From the human T2T-CHM13v2.0 reference genome, Homo sapiens, in assembly GCF_009914755.1 (NCBI RefSeq), contig NC_060927.1: a DNA stretch of 64,000 bases; one strand, 5' to 3'. The translations under genes were made by a program, and so were the position numbers. Below are positions 11,857 to 29,125 of this stretch, piece after piece (positions within the stretch are counted from its first letter, which is position 1; every line of letters starts with the position of its first letter). The notes beneath the pieces are model-generated. The model was not told the DNA's origin. It did not search any database and was given only the letters and a program-made list of their open reading frames with translations.

Positions 11857-14595
11857 ACAGGGAAGATAGCAACATGGGTTAGCAAGAGAGCAGGATTGAG
11901 AATAAAGGATATAGAGGAATTTAGAGAAGGTAGATATTGATGTGGTTATGGGGGTTGGGGAAGAAAGTCTCAGGAAGGTAGAAATTGAGCTGATTCTTGG
12001 AATGGGTATAATCTTGAGAAGCAAGAAGGATGTGCTGGGTGTGTGAGGTGGGGTTGAGGGTGGGAGTTCTGGGTAGGGATGAGTGCATTTGCTATTTGAA
12101 ATGTGGCAAAATTATTGGCCTTGCACCCTTGCCTCTGCTCCCCAGGCTGCTAGGGAGGCTGATTTATTAATTGGTTATGTCTGAGAGTCCCCCTCTAATC
12201 CTGTATTCAGCAAGTGTGGTGGTTTATCGTTATGGACCAAATGTTCCAAAATGCCAGTCACAGTGCTGGGAAGTCTAAATTTAGCACACAAGTCCTGGGT
12301 ATTTAGAACTTCCAGTGACAATTCTAGATTCTGAGATGAGGTTAAGACCACTTTGGCCCTTTAACTGCAGTTAACATTTTCCTTGAAAAATTCCAAACTT
12401 TAAAAGCCTCTATTTGACAACTTGCTTGCCAATATTTACATTCCACTCCATTAGCATCACCGGGGCTGACTCTCCACTTTAAAAGATATGCATTTGGCTG
12501 GAAGAAATCACTGCTGTTTGCTTATTTCACATGCTTATACAAACACATGCGTACACACACACACACGAAGAGACACTCGGCATGCTCCTAACAGAAGTGC
12601 ACATGTGCTTGGTCCCCTGGAAAGTTGTCTTGAGTGATGCCTTCTCTATGCTTGTCTTCATCTGTCTTTATTTTCTTCAAGTATTTATTCTTCCTTATTC
12701 AGCTATAAGTCTTCTGGAGAACTAAAGGTCAATATATTATGAATCTCTAATGTTTGTTTTCAGGGCCAATTATTTTAAGTACATTTTGCTATGATAAGAT
12801 CCCCAAATATGTATTCAATGGATTTTAGAGTTAGAACTGTTAGTATTGCCTTGTACCTCAAAAATAGAGACAAAGACTCTGGGGACTATGAGGGAAAAGA
12901 AAAGAATGAAAACTTCATTTTAACCTAGGTCTATAGGTTGTTGATTAAAAAAAAAGTCTGCTTTATTATGACAAGCCACAAAATGTGAATTTGGGCTGTT
13001 CCTTTTGCTGGTTGAGTGAGAGCTTATCAGAAAACACAGATTTAACTAGGTTAGCGATTTTTAATCCTTTTTAGAGTTGTGTGTGAATTAGTGGATAGTC
13101 TTTAAGAATCGGATAAAAGCTATGGATGCCTTATCAAGAAAAATACATATAACCACATTATACACATTTTCTGCATACAATATATTTTGCTGCATTGCAA
13201 ACATATCTTTCCCACAGTTGGAAAGTTAAAACATACTTAAAAATACTCATGATCCTCTTAATTTGATTTTTGCATGCAAAAGTTAAGTCACATTCTGAAA
13301 AATCTCACTAAATCAAAATGTGCAAATAAAGTAAGATATAATTTAGTTAAAAAGTAACTTTCATAAGAAGATTGCTATTGTTTATTTAGAACAAGAGGTT
13401 GATATTATAGAGTGTTTTTTGACACATAGTACAAATATCTTTCTTTCACATCCAATTAATTTTTGGTGGTAATAAGGGTGGCAAATTCTAACTTTCAATG
13501 GTATTTGCTAGTAAGAGAGTTTTTACAGGTTACTCTGACAGATGAGGATGGGCTTATGTTGAGGAACACTAAAATTCTCTAAAACACTTTTAGTTGAATT
13601 CATAGAATTCATATAATATTATTTTCTTTGTTTTCAGTTCAATGAGGTCAACTTTGCTGATGTCTGAATCATAAAAGTTATGTTTGTTATGAAGGAAAAA
13701 ATCATTAGTACCATACATTTAAAGATCTTAAGACCATCCAACAAACATAATCTTCAAGGGTTTCTTTGCCTACTTGTCCTGCAAAACAGCCAGCAAAGTC
13801 TTTTTACTCTTGGCTCTGGCCTTCAGATAGCCTTTCTCCAACAATGCAAGGAGTACATAGCTTTTTCCAAACACCACTTCCACAGTGGTAACCCGGTCAG
13901 AAGACTTTTCTTGGTAGCAGCATCAAAAATGGGGTCCGAATCTTGAGTGAAGAGAACGGCTCATTCAGATTGCCAAAAATATGAACAAGTAACCTGTCAT
14001 GAAATGAACTCTTTTTTGTCAAATTATTCTGAGTACAGGCTTTGCGAATCACTTGAGAGAGGTATGGGATTCTGCCTGAAGTCAATCAATCGCTTCAAAA
14101 CTTGTAGTTTAGAAAACCAGTGAACTTCAGCACTATTTCTTGACAAATCCTGTTGATAAAGTATAATTCAAGGCCCTGACTCTAAGTTGAAGTGGACATG
14201 ACTTATTTTAGAATTATTGCCCATATCACATGAATGTACAAAACAATGTCTGTGTGAAGTGTGGAGTTTCTTTCTAACAAAAATGATAAAGTGGGATGCT
14301 TTGTGGAACAGCAATGTGCTCCATCTGTACCCATGGCACCAACATTTTTTGTTCAAGGTTTTCCCTGGCAGAGATATTTTTATGATTCCAAAGGCATCCC
14401 ATTAAGTATATGATACTTCCAAAGAGGGCTCACCAAATGGGCATCAGTATGTATGTGACAGGAAAATGAAGAACTGGCACACTGAAAACTGGCAATACAT
14501 TCATTCAGTTGCATGCTGAAGGGAACTTACTTGGCTCAAGTATCCCTGAGACCTTCTTTAAAAGGAGAAAAAGCTGGCAACTCTGGATAGGGTAA

Positions 14596-14898
<303 letters not shown>

Positions 14899-15542
14899 CA
14901 GGTAATACTTCTTGACAGAGGCACTGATTTAGCATCATTTCTCCTCCCAGAGTACAAACACACTTGACTGCTTTAGGGCGGATGGCTCCAAGGTCTGCCC
15001 AGTCCCAAGGCTTCTTTTGCTTGGCTATAGGATGAGCATTGTTGCAGGATGCTCTAGGTTCAGGCTGTTGAGTTGGTGCAATTTTCTGTAGTTTTGATAA
15101 AATTTCGCTTTTTTCAGTTCAGCCATCTTCTCATGAAAATTATCTATTCTTAACCAGGCATTTGGCAATGGACTTGCTGCGCAATAGGGACCATGTTTTT
15201 GATGTTCATCACATTTGGGATGAAACCAAAAGAAACAAACTTTCTTCTACTTGATTTTCCTCAATGTTTTCCTACTTAAGCTAGCCCATGTACTAAAAGA
15301 TTCATGCCTATAATCATAATGTTAGCTTACATCTAAAAAAAATATGTCAGAGGAAAACACTTTCATGGTGATGACTTTGCTACCTGACAATGTATAGTAA
15401 CATCCCATGGCACTCTGCACTTGCGCAGTAGGAAACAATTCCTTAAAAACAAAATTCAACAAAAATTTATATTTTCACAGAGACAATTTTCAAGCTATTA
15501 AGAAAGATCTCAAATATGACAAATTTTTCCCCACTTTGCTGA

Positions 15543-15866
<324 letters not shown>

Positions 15867-15911
15867 TCATGAACTGTTAATCCAGAGAAAGACCTATTTT
15901 GCTGATAAAAT

Positions 15912-16046
15912 TCTTTATTTTTATTTTTATTTTTTTTTGAGACAGAGTTTCACTCTTGTCGCCCAGGCTGGAGTGCAATGGTGTAACCTCAGCTCAAACT
16001 GCAACCTCTGCCTCCCAGGTTCAAGCAATTCTCCTCCCTTAGCCTC
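15912..16046 (-). mobile_element. Truncated Alu (AluSp/Sq-like, right arm only)
   Basis: T-rich tail followed by 'gagacagagtttcactcttgtcgcccaggctgg...ccttagcctc'; homology then stops. Confidence 0.88.
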
Positions 16047-17685
16047 TTGTATCTCTTGCTGAGAAAATTCTGAAAAGGTTGAAACTAAAACAAGTGAGAA
16101 TGGTATACTGCTTCCATCATTGTTTAAACAAAACCCAGGAACTCGCTAATAGCCCCCCAAAGTAAATAAGTTGGTCCATCTAATCATTTAGCCATTCTGC
16201 TCCTAAAAAGTCTCCCATGGAAGTATGTGCATACCTGTATGATATATTTTCTAGGTTCAGTTGAATTTTAACCTGATTCTTCAACTAAATTGGGAGCTCC
16301 CTGAAGGCAGGACAATATTTTTATAATTTCAGGATAAATATATTGTGTGGTACTTGGCACATAGCTCTTGCAAATGCTTGAGGAGTGAATAACCATCAGT
16401 TATTTTCAAATTAATCATTTAATAATATAGTTTAGGTCCTCCTAGGATACATAATTCATCACCAATACTTGATACATCTGACAATTATAAGCTACACTTG
16501 CCATTGGCCTTGGGTCTAGGGTTAATTAGTCTTGCCACTTTTGATAGACTTTCTAATAAGGGCCCCAATTCCTCTTATGAAGGATAACCAGGGTAGTCAT
16601 GTATGGTGCCTAATGAGGAGACAGTTGTTAAATATGTAGGCATTTTTGCCACTCTGCTAGGGTTCAAAGGGGATGGGGTCTTGCCAAGTCCAGAATATCA
16701 GGGGAGATTTGGTCTTCAGTGCCCTAGTTGCTACTGAGATGCTCATAGCCCAAACCCTTGTGGTTTCTTGAATGTGGATTTCAAAGTTGCTCTTATGCCG
16801 TACTTGGTAAAGAGTCTTCTACATAAAGACACCTCAGTCCTAACCAACCTATTTCTGCTCTGCCTGGAGGCAGGGCCAGGTTCTAACACCAAGGGCAGGC
16901 ACCTGGGCTGAGGCTGTCAGCAACCCCCAGGACCAATGGGGTCTTCTGACCCAGGTCCATGGGAGCAATCACACAAACATGAAAGGCTCCTCTTTGAGTC
17001 TGCTTTCTCTTTGGGTCTAACCATTAATGTTTTCATCACTTTTTCCACCTGCCTGATATAGCATCTTTTCATCATTTTATCAATGACTATCATGCTAACA
17101 TATTATTCTAAGAAACCCTTACAACGTGAAGAGATGTGACTTTTGGAAAATGTGCTGAGGGGAGCATCCTGTCCCTAGCCCCACCTTGAGTGAGTGCTCT
17201 GGCTGCTCTTTCTTTCCACCCCCAGGGGCAGGAGCTTCTTTCCCCCTTGTCCCTTCCTTGAAGCTCTCTTGAAAGAGCTTCAACTTTCAAGACAGAATCT
17301 AGGAGGAGGACCTTTTCAGTCAACTTCAGCTTTCTGCCCTATAATACAAACACCCCTGAGAGAAGGGAACACAAAAACTAGGCCTTCTCTGAAATGAGGA
17401 GGGGAAGTTACAATGAGAACCAGTTACAGATTAATTGAGCAACTATTTTCCAGCCACACACTCTTGTTGAATTTCCTTAATTGGATGTCAGATATTCCAA
17501 GAAGTCCAAAATCTCAGGAATCATACAGTGTAAGACCCATACTATACATCTCCACATCAGGAATCTTTGTAAGTATTTTCTTTTTTCCTACAACTTAAAT
17601 ATGTTTGGATTAAATAGTATTAGAAAGTATTCCCATTCTATTTGAAATGCTGCTAAAGAAAAATATGGTGGGGGAGGGTATGTTC

Positions 17686-17696
17686 CAAGATGGCCG
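17686..17696 (+). promoter_or_regulatory. YY1 site of the L1 5'UTR promoter
   Basis: CAAGATGGCCG about 20 nt into the L1 5' end, the established position of the L1 YY1 element. Confidence 0.7.
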
Positions 17697-18711
17697 AATA
17701 GGAACAGCTCTGACCTGCAGCTCCTAGCGTGATCGACGCAGAAGAGGGGTGATTTCTCCATTTCCAACTGAGGTACCTGGTTCATCTCATTGGGACCAGT
17801 TGGACAGTGGGTGCAGCCCATGGAGGGCAAGCTGAAGCAGGGCAGGGCATCGCCTTACCCGGGAAGTGTAAGGGGTCAGGGGATGTCCCTTTCCTAACCA
17901 AGGGAAGCCATGACAGACTACCCAGAAAAATGGGTCGCTCCCGCCCAAATGCTGCACTTTTCGCAAAGTCTTAGCAACTGGCAGACAAGGTGATTCTCTC
18001 CTGTGCCTGGCTCAGTGGGTGCCACGCCCATGGAGCCTTGCTCACTGTTGGTGCAGCAGTCTGAAATCAATCTGCAAGGCAGCAACCTGGCTGAGGGAGG
18101 GGCATCTGCCATTGCTGAGGCTTGAATAGGTAAACAGAGCAGCCGGGAAACTCAAACTGGGCAGAGCCCACCACAGCTCAACAAGTCCTACTGCCTCTAG
18201 ACTCTACCTCGGTGGGCAGGGCATAGCTGAACCAAAGGCAGCAGACAACTTCTGCAGACTTAAACTTTCCTGTCTGACAGCTCGGAAGAGAGCAGTGATT
18301 CTCCCAGCATGGCATTTAAACTCTGAGAACAGACAGACTGCCTCCTCAAGTGGGTCCCTGACCCTCCTGTAGCCTAACTGGGAGACACCTCGCTGTAGGG
18401 GCCGACAGACACCTCATATAGGTGGCTGCCCCTCTGGGACGAAGCTTCCAGAGGAAGGATCAGGCAGCAATATTTCCTTTTCTGCAGTATTTGCTGTTCT
18501 GCAGCTTCCACTGGTGGTACCCAGGCAAACAGGGTCTGGAGTGGACCTCCAGCAAACTCCAACAGACCTGCAGCCCAGGGACCTGAGTGTTAGAAGAAAA
18601 ACTAACTATCAGAAAGGAATAGCATCAACATCAACAAAAAGGTCATCTACACAAAAACCCCATCTGTAGGTCACCAACATCAAAGACCAAAGGTAGATAA
18701 AAACCACAAAG

Positions 18712-19736
18712 ATGGGGAGAAACCAGAGCAGAAAAGCTGAAAATTCCAAAAATCAGAGCGCCTCTTCTCCTCCAAAGGATTGCAACTTCTCGCCAGCAAT
18801 GGAACAAATCTGGACGGAGAATGACTTTGACGAGTTGACAGAAGTTGGCTTCAGAAGGTCAGTAATAACAAACTTCTCTGAGCTAAAGGAGGATGTTCAA
18901 ACCCATTGCAAGAAGCTAAAAACCTTGAAAAAAGATTAAATGAATGGCTAACTAGAATAAACCGTGTAGAGAAGACCTGAAATGACCTGACATAGCTGAA
19001 AACTATGGCACGAGAACTTTGCAATGCATGCACAAGCTTCAATAGCTGATTCGATCAAGTGGAAGAAAGGGTATCAGTGATTGAAGATCAAATTAATGAA
19101 ATGAAGCGAGAAGACAAAGTTTGAGAAAAAAGAGTGAAAAGAAATGAACAAAGCATCCAAGAAACATGGGACTATGTGAAAAGACCAAATCTATGTTTGA
19201 TTGGTGTATCTGAAAGTGACAGGGAGAATGGAACCAAGTTACAAAATACTCTTCAGGATATTATCCAGGAGAACTTCCCCAACCTAGCAAGGCAGGCCAA
19301 TATTCAAATTCAGGAAATACAGAGAACACCACAAAGATACTCCTTGAGAAGAGCAACCCCAAGACACATAATTGTCAGATTCACCAAGGTTGAAATGAAG
19401 GAAAAAGTGTTAAGGGCAGCCAGAGAGAAAGGTCGAGTTACCCACAAAGGGAAGCCCATCAGACTAACAGCGGATCTCTTGGCAGAAACCCTACAAGCCA
19501 GAAGAGAGTGGGGACCAATATTTAATATTCTTAAAGAAAAGAATTTTCAACTCAGAATTTCATATCCAGCCAAACTAAGCTTCATAAGTGAAGGAGAAAT
19601 AAAATCCTTTACAGACAAGCAAACGCTGAGAGATTTTGTCACCACCAGGCCTGCCTTACAAGAGCTCCTGAAGGAAGCACTAAGCATGGAAATAAACAAC
19701 TGGTACCAGCCATTGCAAAAACATGCCAAATTGTAG
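18712..19736 (+). pseudogene. Disrupted L1 ORF1p (RNA-binding chaperone)
   Basis: N-terminus MGRNQSRKAENSK, then a frameshift and stops at about 18910-19125. The C-terminal 200 aa carry the RRM/CTD motifs RPNL.LIG, ARREW and YPAKLS. Confidence 0.93.
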
Positions 19737-19797
19737 ACTATCGATGCTATGAAGAAACTGCATCAATTAACAGGCAAAATAACCAGTGGACATCATA

Positions 19798-23620
<3,823 letters not shown>

Positions 23621-24563
23621 TGGACAGTGTGGGGAACATCACAGACTGGGGCCTGTCGGGGGGGTGTGGCGCTGGGGGAGGGACAGCATTAGGAAAAATA
23701 CCTAATGTAAATGATGAGTTGATGGGTGCAGCAAACCACCATGGCACATGTATACCTATGTATCAAACCTGCACGTTGTGCACGTGTACCCTAGAACTTA
23801 AAGTATAATAATAAAGAAAAATATAAAGCATTGATGGAAAGGCAGCTGCTAACTCCTCTAAAATGTAACTTCTGGAGTCCTGTCTGATTTGTTCTAATTT
23901 TGGTTACTAAATAATTGACAATATTCTGGATCATAATCCTAAACCTTCATCCAAAACATACACAAATATTTCATTCTTTTAAAAGCAAGTCATGCTGGCT
24001 ATATTTTAACCAGAAAAGGTGTAGCCACTTTAAATATTTTTTTGCTGTTCCTTTAAGTGTTTGAAAGGATGCATGTTTTTCTCTAATTTCCATGAATTCC
24101 TGTGGGATGGACTGTCTCAGCCATCAGGAGCTAGATCTTGGCTGCAGACTGCAGTCCATGACAAGATGTACCTCCTGGGATCATTGCTTTTGTTTGGGCA
24201 GGAAGGGTTCCTGCCTTATGAGAGTAACAGAGGCAGCAAACGTGAACCCACCTGTAAGGGAGAGGCTGCAGGAAGAGAGGATGGAATTGCCCATGCTGGG
24301 AGCAGATCCTGCCAGGGTTGGTCTCTCCTCAACTCTCTTAATGTCTCCAACCGTGTCTCTTTCAGACCACTGTGATTACAGAGCACAGACATTTCATGGG
24401 AACCTGATTGATGGATTTGAAATAGTGTAACATAAAAACACAAATTTTCATTTTAAGCACAAAATGTGAAGTAGTGTAGCTCCTCCAAAATGAAAACTGG
24501 AGCAACTAAAACCAAAATAGCCATCACAGACTGGAGGACCCAGCACATTGCAAATATTTTTGC

Positions 24564-24597
24564 TGCTGCCACATGGCGGCGCCACTTTAGCGGTCAA
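24564..24597 (-). promoter_or_regulatory. Candidate CTCF site with an overlapping second CTCF-like half
   Basis: The minus strand of 24564-24580 reads GCCGCCATGTGGCAGCA versus the CTCF core CCACCAGGTGGCAGC. Local CpGs are retained. Confidence 0.55.
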
Positions 24598-25219
24598 ACT
24601 GGATCTCTATTGGTCTCTGTTGGGGTCAGCATTTTTTGTGACCCTTCTGTTGTTTTCAAAGGCGCTTGAACTTCTGTGAGTGAAATTTGGTAGTTGTTGT
24701 CCTGTTATTTTAACATTCATTTCTTATAATTTAACAAAGCCATCTAAGCATTTATTAGATGATAACGTTTGCACAAGTGACGAAAAACACTCCAGAAAAA
24801 TCAATAACTTTGGAATGGAAGTTAGAGGTGATAAAATACTACAAGGGAGACCTAGCAACTGCCATGATATGCTATTAATGTAATAACAAGCCTTCTGCAA
24901 AATATTAGAGCTAATGCTAAGAAAATAAAAAGCAGCATTAGAGCACATTTTTCTACAATGTTTGTGGATTTATGTGCCCCTAGATTGCAGCTTCCATTTT
25001 ACATTTATTTCTAAGAGCAATTAGTCTTGAATTATGAGAGGGCTTCAAGAACTCATCTCTGGCATAAACCTGACAACTTGTGTTTGTTTACTGCCCCTCC
25101 TCTCTCCTATTATGTGGTTTCCTAATAATAAGGGGCCTCAACTTCTTCATCCCTCATCCCAATCCCTAGCAAGGTCCTGAAATACTGCAGGGGTTTGGTC
25201 ACGATTTCTGGAACAAATA

Positions 25220-25440
25220 AGTAATAACTAACATGGAGTATCTTTTTTGTATGCCCAGAAACAGGTTAATACTTTATATACATTAACTCTGTTAATGCTC
25301 ATACAATCTTAAGGAGTAAGCATTATCATCTGCAGTTTTACAGATGAGGAAACTAGTCTCAAAGAAGTTAAATACTGTGGTCCATAGATACACAACTAGT
25401 GATTGGTAGAACCAGCTTTGGACCAGTCAGACTAACTAAC
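25220..25440 (-). mobile_element. MIR SINE
   Basis: 'cattatcatctgcagttttacagatgaggaaact...aagttaaata'. Confidence 0.7.
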
Positions 25441-25623
25441 CAGAGGGGGGACCTCATGATAATTAAAACTATAACTGTCTTTGAGAGCAGAAATGATTTC
25501 TGAATGCTATCAAGCATCCTTTAGGCCACTAACTGAATGGATGCATTTTTCTGATCAGCTGATGAGCAAAGGTAGACCTGGGACAAGTTTGAAATTAAAG
25601 GCTAGAGAGAAGTGGAATCTACA

Positions 25624-25811
25624 CCAGTTGTTCTTAAAGTGTGGTCTTCAGAACAGTAGCATCAGCATCATCCAATAACTTGTTAGAAATACAACTTCTC
25701 AGGTCCCATCCTAGACCCTAAATAAAAAAAATACTGAGGTGGGACCCAGTGATCTGTGTTCAACAAGCTCATCAAGTGACCCTGATACATGGTCAAAGTT
25801 GAGAGCTACTG
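25624..25811. mobile_element. MER5A-like DNA transposon
   Basis: Terminal inverted repeats 'cagttgttcttaaag'...'agttgagagctactg' and internal 'agcatcagcatca'. Confidence 0.75.
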
Positions 25812-26454
25812 ACCTATACAACAGAAGGAAAAGTGCTATGTTTGGACATGGAATTCTTAGGGGCAACTGGGAAGGAGAGCATGAGGAGGGGAAAATGTTG
25901 AAGGTGAGAGGGGAAAGAGAAAAATCTGGAGATATTCAGGTCTTATTATGGGATGGGGTGGCCATAATGGATGGCTGAAAGGAATAGGGATATCTGAAAT
26001 CTAATATCTAGTTCTGTACTATAAATCACTTTAGTTTGCTCAAACATCCAGTAATGCCTGATTCTTAGACTAAGACTTGTGTGAATAGTCTTGCAAATAT
26101 CAGAGAAAGAGGTTGACTTCTATTCTCTACCAGCACATGCTAGTCATAGAAATTACCCACTGATAGAACTAATTCAACAAAAACAGGAGCATGGAGCCAG
26201 AAAGGACTCTGAGAGGGCATGGGGGCCACTCTTATCTGGTTTTTAAGGGTTGGGTTAATCCCAACTAGCATGGGTCAGATAATGAATTCATGAACTGCGG
26301 TTCTGGCCCTTGGATTTCAGGGGCTGGAATGTGTTTTGGTGCCCGAGAACTGACTTCTAACTTTCAGGACTGGTTAGTGACTAACCAATTAGTATAGAAG
26401 TGTAGGGTGTCAACATTTATATAATCTCTAGCAGCTGATGGGTAAACTTTGTCT

Positions 26455-26990
26455 GGTTTTTTAATGTTGCAAAATAAACCACTTGAAAACTGAGTGGCTT
26501 AAAACAAGGACATTTATTTTGCTCATGAATTTGTAGTTGGAGCTGGGCTTGGCAGGGATTGCTCTTTTCTTCTCCACTTGGCATCTGTTGGGGCAACTTG
26601 AAGAAAGGGCTGGAATCATATCTTGCTTACTCACAAGTCTGGCTGTTGATGCTGGTAGTTGACATGGATCTTAGCTGGGCCTGTCAGCTGGAACACCTAC
26701 ACATGGCCTCTTCATGTAGCCTGGGCTTCCTTACAACATGGTGGCTGGATGCCAAGGTTGAGAATCCTGGAGAGCAACAGCTAGTAGGCAGCCATATAGC
26801 CTTTTATGACCTAGTCTTAGAAATCATGCAATGTCACTTTTATCAGGTTTTTTTTTTTTTGGTCAAGGCAATCACAAAGGCTTGCCTAATTTCAAAGAGA
26901 GGAAACGGCTGTATTTCTTGATAAGGGTGTGGTAAAGTTCAGGAAGAGCTTGTGAAACCAATGATATTGATGAAGCCATTTCTTCTTTTT
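26455..26990 (-). mobile_element. Old MaLR LTR (MLT1 family)
   Basis: 'aaactgagtggcttaaaacaag...ttgctcatgaatttg...cctacacatggcctcttcatgtagcctgggcttcc'. Confidence 0.65.
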
Positions 26991-27225
26991 TTTTTTTGGA
27001 AATAGAACCCCTTCATTTCAAGAGAGACTGGATTTCAAGGAAGCTTCTTGCAAATTGGAGGGGGGTAGGAGTGGGGCTTGGGGAAGATAGTGGCCTGAGC
27101 TTCAAATTTCTCAGTCTACATCTGAGAAATGTAAAAGAAATTGAAAAAGTTCAGGCTGGCTGAAATGCACGTTGGGATCAGCCTTCACTCCCATGGATAG
27201 TCAGGGTTAAAAAGGTGTGAGTGTC

Positions 27226-27402
27226 ACACTGGGGCCTGTGGGGAGGGGGAGGGGGAGGCAGAGCATCAGGACTAATAGCTGATGCATGTGGGGCTTAATA
27301 CCTAGCTGATGGGTTGATTGGTGCAGCAAACTACCATGACACATGTTTACCTATGTAACAAACCTGCATGTTCTGCACATGTATCCTGGAACCTACAAGA
27401 AC
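27226..27402 (+). mobile_element. 5'-truncated L1 3'UTR insertion (L1PA11-13-like, about 180 bp)
   Basis: 'agagcatcagga...gcatgtggggcttaatacctag...gcagcaaactaccatg'. TSD aaaaaggtgtgagtgtc (27209-27225) versus aaaagggtatgagtgtc (27403-27419). Confidence 0.85.
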
Positions 27403-27621
27403 AAAAGGGTATGAGTGTCCACTGTGAACCAGATAAGGGTGGCACATGAGAAACAGTTGGCAGGAGGTTGCTTAAGTGCTCTAGGATAGGCAGAATGTCA
27501 GCAGAGGCTGGAGATGGATAACCACATTATTGGGGGCTGCAGCCAGGTAAGTGATAACCCGGAAGACTGAAGGGCTCTGCTGCTCCCAGAAACTTTTTGT
27601 GGAACATATACATACACACAG

Positions 27622-27622
<1 letters not shown>

Positions 27623-27661
<39 letters not shown>
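27623..27661. repeat. (CA)19 microsatellite
   Basis: Read directly from the sequence. Confidence 0.97.
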
Positions 27662-27665
<4 letters not shown>

Positions 27666-28019
27666 TTGTGGCAGATGAGGAAGGATCTAAGCTTTGTATC
27701 TGGTCTGAAGAGATACTGAGCAGATTCTACACGTGAGGGCATAAGAGCTCAGGAGGGAGGGGAGATCCTGAGATCATGAGCCCCTAGAATCCACTGAGGC
27801 CATAGGAAGTGCTTAGGACTTCCAAAGGCTGTGGCTTTGCAGGGTGGGGCTCAGGTTAATTTTACATAAATCTCAAAGAACAGGGAGGTCCCAGAGGACT
27901 CTGGGTTCCAAGAGAGAGTGTTAAATAGCTGTAATATGGTAGATTGGGGCACTTCTTCAATTCTCTGGTAGAGAATTTGTCTTAAAATATCTAGACTTTC
28001 TGTTTCCTCAGATTAATCT

Positions 28020-28250
28020 AACATTTGTTGGGTATCCATTGCATTCCATGTAATGTACAAGGTCTTTTATGTTATTTCACTTGATATTGATAATCACCAT
28101 ATGAAGAAGTTGCTGCAACTATCCTCTTTTTGTAGATGAGAGAATGGACTCTAGGAGGTAATTTAATTCACCTAAAGTCAAACAGCTGAGATGTGGTAGA
28201 TTTAAAGTGAGGTCTTCAGACTTCCAGGCTAAAATCAATTCTTATAAATG
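28020..28250 (-). mobile_element. MIR SINE
   Basis: 'tatcctctttttgtagatgag...aatttaattcacctaaagtcaaacagct'. Confidence 0.6.
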
Positions 28251-28720
28251 TGTCTTTAACCGTCATATACCCATGAGAGGGAGAGTGGATGGGTGGATGC
28301 CCAGTGATAAAAATGAACACAGATTTAGAACACCTTAAAAAAGATAGGTTTGTGTAGAAACTCTGAAAAGGGAAAATTAGAAGGTTAAAAACAAGCTGAG
28401 GGAAGGGGCAGAGAGATAGGTTGGGTACTTGTTCTGCCATCATGTTTGTTCTTCATAATGTGGCAGTGTATATCAATATCCTGACTGGTGGCCTGCTCTA
28501 TATCAGGGATATGGCCAACAGATTTCATGTGCTTCCCTAGTGAGTTGTGTTGAGAAGGCTTCTGAGGCTCAGCTCTGGCTCAGTGCTAAAGAGTGCTGTG
28601 ATCAGTGAGTGATGTCTGCCACAGGCAAGAGAAACAAAAGTGGGGGCTTCAGTGCTGCCATGTGTCACTTTTGAATATATTTGAATATTACATTATTCAA
28701 ATATATTATATATATATTCA

Positions 28721-29125
<405 letters not shown>

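Noticed and set aside
13190-14450. AT-rich and unique-looking block with short ORFs; possible transposase relic or exon
   Set aside because: I could not identify any domain motif, and the frames are short and closed.
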